From the NCBI GenBank assembly GCA_016234185.1, contig JACRHA010000032.1, forward strand, positions 1 to 44,322: DNA of 44,322 nt, given 5' to 3'. The notes under the pieces were generated by a model. It was given only the letters and a program-made list of their open reading frames with translations. It was not told the origin of the DNA and did not search any database. Positions 35,933 through 44,322 of the stretch are shown here, piece by piece. Positions within the stretch are counted from its first letter, which is position 1. Each line of letters opens with the position of its first letter. The translations under genes and the position numbers were made by a program. Origin of the DNA: Nitrospirota bacterium. GTDB taxonomy: Bacteria > Nitrospirota > Nitrospiria > JACRHA01.

Positions 35933-38149
35933 TCAGTCCCCTTTAGCGCCAAGTTCAAGCCATCCTTTGACTTCTGACCCAGGGATCGGCCGGCTTATAA
36001 AATATCCCTGGGCCATATCGCACCCGAGAAGGGTAAGCCTCTTCATTGTCTCTTTATTTTCTACGCCCTCGGCTACGACCTTAATACGGAGACTATGGGC
36101 AAGCTCTATTATTGAATGGACTATGGCAATACTGTTTTCATCTGCCATCATATTAATGACAAATGATTTGTCTATCTTGATCTCGTCAACCGGTAATTTT
36201 TGAAGATAGCCAAGCGAAGAGTAACCGGTGCCAAAGTCATCAATAGAAAAATGTATGCCCATAGCGGCCATCTGTGTCAGTATCTCCATGGATCGTTCAG
36301 GATCTCTCATTATGGTGCTTTCAGTTAATTCAAGCCTTAAATTTGCCGGCGCCATGCTGGATCTGGAGATGAGTAGTTTTATCTGTTTTAAGAGTTCCGG
36401 AACCTGGAGGTTTTGCATCGAGAGGTTTACAGCCACACAAACCTGAAGGCCTTCCTGCTTCCAGATGCGGGATTGTTTTAGCGATTCCTTTATTACCCAG
36501 AGGGTGAGATCCTTTATCAGACCTGTATGTTCGGCAAGCGCTATAAACTGATTAGGCGGGATAACCCCAAGTCTTGGGTGCTGCCAGCGGACAAGGGACT
36601 CGACACCTACGGGACTGCCGGTTTTAAGATCTATCTTTGGCTGATAGAGGAGGAACATCTGATCAGAGTCTATGGAGTGTCTGAGCTCACTGATAAGTGC
36701 AAGACGTTCCGGGCTGTACTGGTTATGCTGAGGTGAGTAGATGGTCAGACCGCTTTTTGTATTTTTTGCCCTATACATGGCCATGTCTGCATATTGCATC
36801 AGGGTATTGGCGTCATCACCATATCCGGGATAGGTTACCATGCCGATACTTGCGTTGACATTTATCGCTATCCCTTCCAAGGTAAAAGGTTCTTTTAAGC
36901 TTTTTATGAAACTGTCTGCTATTCTATTTGCGCCTTCTGCGTCTGTATCAGGCAGGACCACCGCAAACTCGTCCCCGCCGGTCCGCGCCAATGTAGCGGT
37001 CTCAGGCAGGGCAATCCGAAGGCGATCCCCTGTCTGCTTTAGTATGATGTCACCGCTATGGTGGCCAAGGGTATTGTTGATCTCTTTGAAACGGTCCAGG
37101 TCCATAACAAGCAGGACAAGGGGTCTATTTCCGGACTTTGCCTCAAATATGGCCTGCTGCAGGCGGTCATGGAGCAGGGTCCGGTTAGGAAGACCGGTCA
37201 GGACATCGTAATAGGCCAGTTGCTGGATCATATCTTCTGAGTGCTTGCGTTCAGTGATGTCGCGAAAGATCTCTAGTTTGGAGATACTCCCATCATAATT
37301 ACGTAATGGGGTGTCCAGCAGGTCATATGTCTTATTGTTTTTAGCGGAATACCATTCCCATCTGACAGTCTTTCCTGCAAAGACCTTCTGGTTCTTGCAC
37401 CATGGACAAACCTCATCCCTGTCATGAAAATATTCATAGCATTTCCGCCCTTCCACAGGACCAAACTCCCTTTCAATGACAGGGTTGATATATTCTATAT
37501 CATAAGCCTGATTTACAATATATACACCATCCTCCATAGATTCCAGGATATTGATGAGCTTGTCCCGCTCCACCCTCAGCGCCTCTTCGGCCTTCACGGT
37601 CTGAATGACATGGGTGGTTATGCCGGCAAGGCCCTCCAGCATGGCATCCTCTTCAGTGGTGATAGATTGTTTTGAGAAGAGCGCCAGAACGCCCATAGGT
37701 CCGCCATTGGTATCTTGAAGCTTATACCCTGCAAATGAGACGAGGCCAAGCCCCTTTGCCCATTTGTGATCCATAATCTGCTGGTCATTTACTACATCAT
37801 TAGTGAGGAACTTGGTTATCTTTCCGTTGGCTACCCGCCCCAGCTTGTACAGGCCAAATGGCATCCGGCTATGAGGGCCCTCTATATGTGTATAACGGCT
37901 GGAGCTGGCGACAAGGTGAAGGCAACGTTCTCGCAAACGGCATATCTTATCCTCTTCCTTGGCCTTGGCGTGAATACAGCCGGAATCACAGCGGTCCCCA
38001 GGCATGCTAAGCCATATGCGACAAAAATCGGCATTAAAGATCTCTACAACGCCTTCCGTAATCTTTTTTAGCTTTTCCTCAAGACATCCAGGGGCAAGCA
38101 AGGTCTCTTGAAGTTGGTTGAGTCTTTGCAGGCGATCAGCATTAGGCAT
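35933..38149 (-). CDS. GAF-PAS-GGDEF-EAL signalling protein (putative diguanylate cyclase/phosphodiesterase)
   Basis: RTGGDEFAVV (GGDEF), ELTES and DDFGTGYSSL (EAL domain), a PAS region with ITERK linker, and an N-terminal GAF-like region with Cys clusters. Confidence 0.9.
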   Translation of the reverse strand: MPNADRLQRLNQLQETLLAPGCLEEKLKKITEGVVEIFNADFCRIWLSMPGDRCDSGCIHAKAKEEDKICRLRERCLHLVASSSRYTHIEGPHSRMPFGLYKLGRVANGKITKFLTNDVVNDQQIMDHKWAKGLGLVSFAGYKLQDTNGGPMGVLALFSKQSITTEEDAMLEGLAGITTHVIQTVKAEEALRVERDKLINILESMEDGVYIVNQAYDIEYINPVIEREFGPVEGRKCYEYFHDRDEVCPWCKNQKVFAGKTVRWEWYSAKNNKTYDLLDTPLRNYDGSISKLEIFRDITERKHSEDMIQQLAYYDVLTGLPNRTLLHDRLQQAIFEAKSGNRPLVLLVMDLDRFKEINNTLGHHSGDIILKQTGDRLRIALPETATLARTGGDEFAVVLPDTDAEGANRIADSFIKSLKEPFTLEGIAINVNASIGMVTYPGYGDDANTLMQYADMAMYRAKNTKSGLTIYSPQHNQYSPERLALISELRHSIDSDQMFLLYQPKIDLKTGSPVGVESLVRWQHPRLGVIPPNQFIALAEHTGLIKDLTLWVIKESLKQSRIWKQEGLQVCVAVNLSMQNLQVPELLKQIKLLISRSSMAPANLRLELTESTIMRDPERSMEILTQMAAMGIHFSIDDFGTGYSSLGYLQKLPVDEIKIDKSFVINMMADENSIAIVHSIIELAHSLRIKVVAEGVENKETMKRLTLLGCDMAQGYFISRPIPGSEVKGWLELGAKGD

Positions 38150-38249
38150 AATGCTTCATTTTCCTTAATAATCCTAGGGATTATAGACACTCCTATATTA
38201 TTTATTAAAACATAAAATCGATCAATTTACAATTCGATTTACCACCTCC

Positions 38250-38279
38250 TTGACTAGACTAGAGGCCGGAAGGTAGAAT
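38250..38279 (+). promoter_or_regulatory. candidate sigma70-type promoter (TTGACT-18 nt-TAGAAT) for the 1039-aa gene
   Basis: TTGACT 38250-38255, 18-nt spacer, TAGAAT 38274-38279. 58 nt upstream of ATG 38338. Confidence 0.4.
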
Positions 38280-38337
38280 AATACATTCAATGTGTTACGC
38301 CCTTCCAGATGGTGCCTTTTATAATTGGCAATAAAAA

Positions 38338-41300
38338 ATGGATAACATGGACAGCAAAGAGATATATAAATCTTTTTTAAGGGAGCACTACCCCTTTAAT
38401 TTAATCCCTGATCAGATTGTTGATGATCTGATCTCCTGCATCAAGGAAGAGCAATATGGCACAGGTCAGACTATTTACCAAAAGGGGGAAGAGGGGGGTA
38501 TCTTTAATATTGTCCATACGGGTGAGGTGTATGAATTGATTACGGACAGGAACGGGGAGGAGATCATCGTTTCGCTTCTCCGCGAGGGGAGCTGCTTTGG
38601 CGCAATATCCGTATTAACAGGCGAGCCACATTCAGTAACAACAAGGGCAAAGGGGGATGTGGAGCTATATGTTATAGAAAGAGGGGATTTGGAGGCTTTA
38701 CTCTCCCGCCATCCCTCCCTCAATAAATATCTGACGCGGATCCTCACTGAGAAGATAAGGAACCTATTCCTCTTCTTTGAGACAGAAGGGATAAGGGTAT
38801 TTGAAAAGGCAGGGAGTATAGATGAGAAGGAGAGGGAGATCTCATTTCTCAACAGGATTACCAATCTGATCGGTTCTAAAGAGGATTATGAAAAGCTCCT
38901 TGATACCATAGTCAGCGAGGTCCGGGGATACACGGGCGCAGATGTATGCTCTGTCTATCTACTGGATCCGATAACAAGCGAACTCATTTTGGAGGCGGCA
39001 GATGGTGTAGGGGAGGGGATGGTAAGAAAGATAAAGATGGATCTCTCCCAGGGGATCACCGGATGGGTTATCAGAAATAGCGAGCCTGTTGCAGTATATG
39101 ATGTCCATAAGGATCCAAGGGTGCATATCATCTCTGACATCCAGGAGGACAGGTTAAAGTCGCTCTTATCCCTTCCACTTGTTATAAGGGGGAAATGCAT
39201 AGGCGCACTTAACCTGGCTAATGTGAACTACAGGGACTATTCATACAATGATATTCAGAGCATGGGTATTATTGCCAATCATATAGCCATGGCTATCTCA
39301 AACTTCAGATTGCGGAAGAGGATATTTGCAGCCACCGGAGTTTCAAGTTCAAAACTGGGCGGGCTTGATCATTTTGTAGGTGAAACAAGTTATGTGAGGG
39401 GTATAAACAGATTTATAGATCTGAATGCAAAGGATGACGGGCATGCCCTCTTAAAAGGAGAAGAGGGGACGGGAAAGAATCTCCTCGCATCGCTGATCCA
39501 TAGAAGGAGCAGGAGGGCAAAGGGGCCATTTATAACAGTCGACTGTGAATCATTCCGAAAGGAATCGTGGGGCGAAGAGCTCTTTGGTGATGATAGGGAT
39601 CCATCGTCGGGTGAGATTGCGTTCGGTTTTCTTGAGTTGGCCCATGGCGGGACTATCCTCTTAAGAAATATAGAGTCGCTTAATCAGGCCAATCAGATAG
39701 CCATCTACAAGTTTCTGAACGACGGGCGGTTTGTCCGGGTGCACGGGCATGATACGATCTACTCAAACACCAGGGTTATTGCCACTGTTAATGGAGACAC
39801 AAAGGCTGATGACAGGGTAGACCTGAACAAGGATCTTTATGATCTTCTATCGGCCAATTCATTCTCTATGGTACCTCTCAGGAAGATGCGGAAGGATATC
39901 CCTGTCCTTTCCACACACCTTTTGAAAAATATCGATGACGAACTCCATAAAGGGATCATGGAGATATCAGGGAACGCCATGGAGAGGCTTTTGAGTTATG
40001 ACTGGCCTGGGAATGTCCTTGAGCTTGAGAACGTCTTAAGAAGGGCGGTAATCCTTGCCAATGAGGGCACGATACTCTCCAATCAGATATTCTTCGGCAT
40101 CCCCAGGGTGGAGAAGAGGTGGGAATTTAATCTGTTTTCTATGGAACCAATAAAAAGGTTTTTCTATACAACTCGCCTTCAAAAGGGGGTCCAGATCACA
40201 GCCATAATATTGATGTTTTATATAATCTACACCCTTATCTTGCACAATGGGACTGGCTATAGTCTCTCAAATATCATCCTATGGTCTTTCGGTTGGTTCG
40301 GCCTTTTTGTGTCTGCCTTCTCTATAGGGAGGATATGGTGTACTGTGTGTCCATTTTCAAGTTTCGGGGATCTTCTGAAAAGGATAAAAAAGAAGAAGAT
40401 TCCGATACCAAACGATGTGGGCAAGAAGAGCGAGAGATACCTTGTCGGATTGATACTCCTTGTGCTTTTTGCGGAAGGCATTACTGTGATGCCTGCGGTT
40501 CCACTTTTTACCGGACTGCTTATACTATTTATACTGATCGGGGCCATAGTATCTTCAATCCTTTATGATAAGAGGGTCTGGTGCCGGTACATATGCCCGC
40601 TTGGCGGATTATTAGGGATCTATTCCCTTGCGTCCTTTGTAACGATAAAGGCGAATAGAAAGCTCTGTTTGAGTCAGTGCACAACACACGACTGTTATCT
40701 TGGGAGGGATGAGATGGAGGGGTGTCCGATGCTACTTCATCCCTATGGGGTTGAGAACAGCCAGAACTGCACCCTTTGTGGCAGCTGCGTCAGGACATGC
40801 AGGCACAACTCGCTTCGCCTTTCCCTCCACCTTCCGACTACGGGGGTAGAGGACATAGATATATTCAGCCTCCCCTTTTCATTCCTTGCCTCTGCCCTGG
40901 CAGGGATTTTATTGGTAGAGAACGGCTCCATGCTTTCGAGGACATCACCCCTGTTTACATACATAAATAACATAATAAGGATTAACCCAAATAGCCTCTA
41001 CGCATTACTATTCATCGGGGCAATGACCCTCCCTTTTCTGTTGATTATCTCCTTAGACCTATTGATCAACAGATGGTCTAAAGAGGGGATAAAGGAGTAC
41101 CTTACCAATCTGCCTTACTCTTTCATGCCTCTTGCTTTGCTTGGACATATAGCCCTCTACGGGAAGGAACTTGTCTTATATTTGCCAAAGATCGGTAATA
41201 TTGCCATGGAAAGGATAGGACTCAGGATATTATTCTCGCCTATAGGCGTAAAAGGTCAGACATGGGTGGAGATACTACAGGTACTCCTTGTTATCTTTGG

Positions 41301-41457
41301 TGCGGCAGAGAGTATATACCTTCTTCTCAGGATCTATAAGAAATCAGAACATAAGAACCTGCCAAAGAGGAGGACATTGCCGATCTATATCGGGATGATA
41401 TTATTCTTTGCGGTAATCTATGTAATATCATTCCTTGGTATGCCTTCTGGTAATTGA
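38338..41457 (+). CDS. multidomain chimera: cNMP-binding + GAF + degenerate sigma54-interaction AAA+ domain + NapH/NosR-like polytopic 4Fe-4S membrane domain
   Basis: aa 20-140: cNMP-binding pattern (GEEGGIFNIV..G.V.....DRNGEE..V..L..G.CFG..S.LTGEP). aa 165-325: GAF. aa 346-585: GEEGTGKN Walker A, RVIATVNGD, WPGNVLELEN. aa 610-1039: multiple hydrophobic helices, GRIWCTVCPF and KRVWCRYICPLG (CxxCP), and CTLCGSCVRTC. Confidence 0.85.
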   Translation: MDNMDSKEIYKSFLREHYPFNLIPDQIVDDLISCIKEEQYGTGQTIYQKGEEGGIFNIVHTGEVYELITDRNGEEIIVSLLREGSCFGAISVLTGEPHSVTTRAKGDVELYVIERGDLEALLSRHPSLNKYLTRILTEKIRNLFLFFETEGIRVFEKAGSIDEKEREISFLNRITNLIGSKEDYEKLLDTIVSEVRGYTGADVCSVYLLDPITSELILEAADGVGEGMVRKIKMDLSQGITGWVIRNSEPVAVYDVHKDPRVHIISDIQEDRLKSLLSLPLVIRGKCIGALNLANVNYRDYSYNDIQSMGIIANHIAMAISNFRLRKRIFAATGVSSSKLGGLDHFVGETSYVRGINRFIDLNAKDDGHALLKGEEGTGKNLLASLIHRRSRRAKGPFITVDCESFRKESWGEELFGDDRDPSSGEIAFGFLELAHGGTILLRNIESLNQANQIAIYKFLNDGRFVRVHGHDTIYSNTRVIATVNGDTKADDRVDLNKDLYDLLSANSFSMVPLRKMRKDIPVLSTHLLKNIDDELHKGIMEISGNAMERLLSYDWPGNVLELENVLRRAVILANEGTILSNQIFFGIPRVEKRWEFNLFSMEPIKRFFYTTRLQKGVQITAIILMFYIIYTLILHNGTGYSLSNIILWSFGWFGLFVSAFSIGRIWCTVCPFSSFGDLLKRIKKKKIPIPNDVGKKSERYLVGLILLVLFAEGITVMPAVPLFTGLLILFILIGAIVSSILYDKRVWCRYICPLGGLLGIYSLASFVTIKANRKLCLSQCTTHDCYLGRDEMEGCPMLLHPYGVENSQNCTLCGSCVRTCRHNSLRLSLHLPTTGVEDIDIFSLPFSFLASALAGILLVENGSMLSRTSPLFTYINNIIRINPNSLYALLFIGAMTLPFLLIISLDLLINRWSKEGIKEYLTNLPYSFMPLALLGHIALYGKELVLYLPKIGNIAMERIGLRILFSPIGVKGQTWVEILQVLLVIFGAAESIYLLLRIYKKSEHKNLPKRRTLPIYIGMILFFAVIYVISFLGMPSGN

Positions 41458-41570
41458 TTTCATTTTAGACTTTTTATGTAGGCTCATTAGCCAGTCCAGG
41501 ATATTGACCAGGCCTATCGATAGTGTTATTTTAAACTAAACCTTATCGATGGAGGCGTTTAGAGTGCAAG

Positions 41571-41879
41571 ATGAAGGCAGAAAGGCAAAATAAAACAGAT
41601 CCGAAGGAGGTCTTCAATCCTGTCCTCTTTTGGGATGCGGATAAAATAGACATAGAAAGGAATGCAAGCTATATTATCGCCCGGATACTGGACTATGGCG
41701 ATGAAAAGGACATTAAGTTATTAAGGGAAATATATCCTGATAAAAAACTTATTGAAGTAGTAAGAAAAAGTCGTGTATTAATGCCCCAGACCGGCAAATT
41801 CTGGGCTATTTATTTCAATATACCACCAATGGAGATTGCATGTTTGAGAGCGTACTACCAGAAGAAGTCATTGGAGTAG
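41571..41879 (+). CDS. small protein, putative partner (antitoxin-like) of the AbiEii-like gene
   Basis: 102-aa ORF overlapping the start of the downstream nucleotidyltransferase-like gene by 40 nt. No family name recalled with confidence. Confidence 0.55.
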   Translation: MKAERQNKTDPKEVFNPVLFWDADKIDIERNASYIIARILDYGDEKDIKLLREIYPDKKLIEVVRKSRVLMPQTGKFWAIYFNIPPMEIACLRAYYQKKSLE

Positions 41880-42465
41880 TGAATAACCTTGCATCAAAGC
41901 TAGGCGATTTTTATCTGGCCGACGGGACAGGACTGGCGCTTCAATTAGGCCATAGAAGATCAGTCGACTTAGATTTTTCTCGCAAGAGATCTTTAACGCA
42001 GATATCATTTTAGAGCGCTTGTCTCCTGAGAAGATCTTTCTTGTAAGGGAAGGGACGATCCACTGCGAACTTAAAAAGGTGAAGCTTTCATTCCTCTATT
42101 ACAAACAGCCTCTTATCTATCAACCGATTCCCTGGCGGGGCCTGAAGATCGCTGACTGGAAGGATATAGTCGCTGAAAAGTTTAAGGCTATATCACAGAG
42201 GGGGACAAAAAAGGATTTTTATGACCTTTATGCGGTGTTGCAGATGAGATTATCCATTACGGAGGCATGCGATATCTTTAAGTCAAGGTTCTCTTCATCG
42301 GGCATTAACATGTACCATGTTTTAAAAAGTATTACATTTTTCGAGGATGCCGAGAGCGAACCATCACCAATGTTAATTGTAAAAGGTGAGGATTGGGAGT
42401 GGGTAAGGGTGAAAAAATTCTTCGAGCAAAACATAAAGATATTCCAGGAACAACTTATGCCGTAA
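41840..42465 (+). pseudogene. AbiEii/AbiGii-like nucleotidyltransferase toxin gene, frameshifted at a T5 run
   Basis: The N-terminal frame reads ...FYLADGTGLALQLGHRRSVDLDF and then stops at 42011. Adding one T to the T5 run at 41974-41978 restores DLDFFSQEIFNADIILERLSPEKIF..., joining ORF 42019-42465 for 208 aa in total. Confidence 0.7.
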
Positions 42466-42574
42466 TGTCTATGTCCCGACATATTCGAAGAACCGTGACG
42501 GGGCATGAAATGATTGAAAACTATAGCAGACGTAATAATTATTGTTACATATTAGCGGAATGTGCAATTTAATT

Positions 42575-42819
42575 TAAAATCCCCCTTGATCAGTTGCAGG
42601 GGAGCGACCGTCCCCCTCCACCGGCATAGCCGGATGGAGCCTCCCCCTCCCTACGCTCGACTCCGCTCGCTGTGCTTCTAAGGGGGAAACCCTTTTTCCC
42701 CTCTTTGGAAAAGAGCTTGCTATATTACAGAGAGGAAGGGAAAGCTTAAAAAAGGCTATACTCCTTTTTGCAGACAATAGCCAGTTGGTAAAAACCAACT
42801 TAAAGAAAGGAGTATAGCC
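42575..42819 (+). ncRNA. candidate IS110 bridge-RNA / structured 5' leader
   Basis: Perfect 13-bp stem GGCTATACTCCTT (42754-42766) / AAGGAGTATAGCC (42807-42819) enclosing the hairpin AGTTGGT-AAAA-ACCAACT. Further stems CCGGC-ATA-GCCGG and GGGGA...TCCCC lie upstream. Confidence 0.3.
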
Positions 42820-44079
42820 ATGGGAAATAGTATCACAAAGAAACTCAAAAGGATAAGTGAGAAAACGCTTCTTGTGACAGTGGATATAGGAAAGGTGAAA
42901 CATACGGGATATTACAGGTTTCCTGATGGTACCGATGGGAAGACTTTTGAGTTCTGTAGCAGTAGGAAGGGCTTTGAAGAGATGTGGCAATGGGTGTTCG
43001 ACGCTAAGAGATCCCGTAACCTTACGGATGTAGTAGTGGGATTTGAATCCACAGGTCCTTATGCTGAACCACTGTTGCACTTTTTGAGGAGGCACAATGT
43101 GCGTCTTGTGCAGGTAAATCCTTTGCATACGAAGAGACTGAAAGAACTTGAGGGGAATTCTCCGAACAAGACAGATCAGAAAGATCCCAAGGTTATTGCC
43201 GATATCGTAGAGCTTGGACATGCGCTCACTGTAATAATTCCTGAAGGCACAGTGGCGGAACTGCGCAGGTTGACACAGGCCAGGGAAAGAAGCATACAGA
43301 GAATGAGTATGCTTATGAGTCAGCTTCAGGATTTGGTTTTTCTTATTTTTCCAGAGTTCATGGCGGTTATGAAAGATATAACCACAAAAAGCACTCAGTA
43401 TATTTTGAAAAACTATCCTCGGCCTCAGGATTCTGTGGACGCGGGAGTAGAGCTTCTGACTGAGATACTTAAGAAAGTAAGCAGGGGCAGACTGGGTAAA
43501 GAAAGAGCTGAAGCATTGTATCAGGCGGCTGGGGAATCTATAGGGCTTATAGAAGGCCGAGAGAGTATTGTTCTTGAGATAAAGGAGAGCATTTCTACCA
43601 TAGAGAGCATTGAGAGCTTCGCCAAAGAGCTTAAAAGACATATGAGCTTGCACCTGAAGGATGTTCCTTACAGTCGATGCATCCTTTCGATGAAGGGGAT
43701 CGGTGAGATTACGGCAGCCGGTCTTATTGGTGAGATGGGTGATTTTAAGAAATATGGAACGATAGCCGAGGTGATCAAACATGCCGGACTGGACCTTTTT
43801 GAGATTAGCTCCGGCAAGCACAAAGGAAAGAGGCGAATTTCCAAAAGAGGACGCCCACTTTTGAGGAAACTTCTGTTTTTTGCCTCTATAAATGTTGTCA
43901 GAAAAGGCGGGATACTGCATACGCAATACTGGCGTCATATTGAAAAGGGGATGCCAAAGATAAAGGCATTGATTGCCATATCCCGTAAGCTGCTCAGTAT
44001 AATTTTTGCGCTTGTTCGCGATCATAGCGTGTACATAGCTCAGTATTCAAAAACACAACAGTTAAAGGAGGCTGCATAG
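42820..44079 (+). CDS. IS110-family transposase/recombinase (DEDD RuvC-like plus Tnp_20 domain)
   Basis: LLVTVDIGKVKH, VVGFESTGPYAEPL, VQVNPLHTKR....NKTDQKDPKVIADI, and C-terminal LSMKGIGEITAAGLIGEMGD...RRISKRGRPLLRK are the family hallmarks. Confidence 0.92.
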   Translation: MGNSITKKLKRISEKTLLVTVDIGKVKHTGYYRFPDGTDGKTFEFCSSRKGFEEMWQWVFDAKRSRNLTDVVVGFESTGPYAEPLLHFLRRHNVRLVQVNPLHTKRLKELEGNSPNKTDQKDPKVIADIVELGHALTVIIPEGTVAELRRLTQARERSIQRMSMLMSQLQDLVFLIFPEFMAVMKDITTKSTQYILKNYPRPQDSVDAGVELLTEILKKVSRGRLGKERAEALYQAAGESIGLIEGRESIVLEIKESISTIESIESFAKELKRHMSLHLKDVPYSRCILSMKGIGEITAAGLIGEMGDFKKYGTIAEVIKHAGLDLFEISSGKHKGKRRISKRGRPLLRKLLFFASINVVRKGGILHTQYWRHIEKGMPKIKALIAISRKLLSIIFALVRDHSVYIAQYSKTQQLKEAA

Positions 44080-44322
44080 ATAAAACCTGAGTTCTTAAAG
44101 CGTAAGCGGAGAGATTATAACCCATTAAGGCGGCAATTGCCGACCTTCAAAAAAGAGCTTGTATAACTCTCCGCTTGCACCTTAGCCCATCTTCCGCAGT
44201 TTGAGATTCAAAATTTTTGCAAATCAATAAGTTAGCTCACTCAGTCGGCCAAAGTCGGCACTACATTTTCAATAATCTTCGGTCTGTTGGGCAGAGGCAG
44301 TTTCAGACGCTGGAGCAAAATC

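Larger units (their letters stand above)
42575..44180 (+). mobile_element. IS110-family insertion sequence (boundaries approximate)
   Basis: Single DEDD-type transposase ORF. A GC-rich structured leader starts at about 42575. A hairpin AAGCGGAGAGATTATA (44104-44119) / TATAACTCTCCGCTT (44162-44176) lies downstream. IS110 elements lack classical terminal IRs, so the ends cannot be fixed from one copy. Confidence 0.45.

Noticed and set aside
38150-38337. Sigma54 (-24 TGGCAC / -12 TTGC) promoter upstream of the gene carrying the sigma54-type AAA+ domain
   Set aside because: The only partial match is TGGTGCcttttATAAT, which lacks the -12 TTGC element. A sigma70-like TTGACT/TAGAAT pair fits better.
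42574-44025. 483-aa open reading frame on the minus strand spanning the whole IS110 region
   Set aside because: It is exactly antisense to a transposase ORF with clear IS110 DEDD motifs. Its product is a low-complexity, F/L/K/S/H/R-rich sequence with no recognisable motif, RBS or sensible start. It is treated as a shadow ORF.
44241-44322. Minus-strand partial ORF running off the right window edge (…ILLQRLKLPLPNRPKIIENVVPTLAD*)
   Set aside because: Only 27 codons are visible and no family is recognisable. It cannot be distinguished from chance.

Overview
A 44.3-kb chromosomal segment from a moderately AT-rich bacterium. It is probably Gram-negative, given LptE, an outer-membrane beta-barrel protein and lipoproteins. 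All family assignments below come from motifs read in the supplied translations and recalled from memory; no database search was run.

Housekeeping blocks: gpsA; larB-larC; queD-ndk-oxidoreductase-cstA-Lon-like protease; a MarR/rhodanese pair; NUDIX; yacG; tRNA-Ser(GCT) and tRNA-Ser(TGA) next to serS; rpsT; holA-lptE-leuS; priA; bluB; an MscS-like channel.

Accessory DNA between these blocks:
- Four insertion-sequence-type elements: an IS4-family element with inverted repeats (IRs), an IS630-family element with perfect IRs, TA target duplication and an A8 frameshift site, a decayed Y1 (IS200/RayT-like) transposase, and an IS110-family element.
- At least seven toxin-antitoxin-like modules: NT/HEPN, orphan HicB, PIN-like plus small partner, RelE/ParE, VapBC-like, a MazF remnant plus antitoxin, and a frameshifted AbiEii-like gene plus partner.
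- REP/MITE-like hairpin repeats.
- A 5.5-kb island between serS and rpsT bounded by two Rhs-core fragments.

No rRNA gene and no CRISPR array were seen.

Most unusual items:
1. A 1039-aa chimeric protein (cNMP-binding + GAF + sigma54-type AAA+ module lacking GAFTGA and an HTH, fused to a NapH/NosR-like membrane Fe-S domain). It is divergently paired with a Cys-rich GAF-PAS-GGDEF-EAL gene.
2. A 5'-truncated Rhs gene with an unrecognised glycine-zipper-rich C-terminal domain, followed by three envelope-protein genes.
3. Related in-frame short-repeat insertions inside priA, and a hexamer-repeat palindrome that encodes the 5' end of lptE.
4. A diverged duplicate of the larB 5' end flanking a hicB cassette.
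5. A strongly structured leader upstream of the IS110 recombinase, which is a bridge-RNA candidate.
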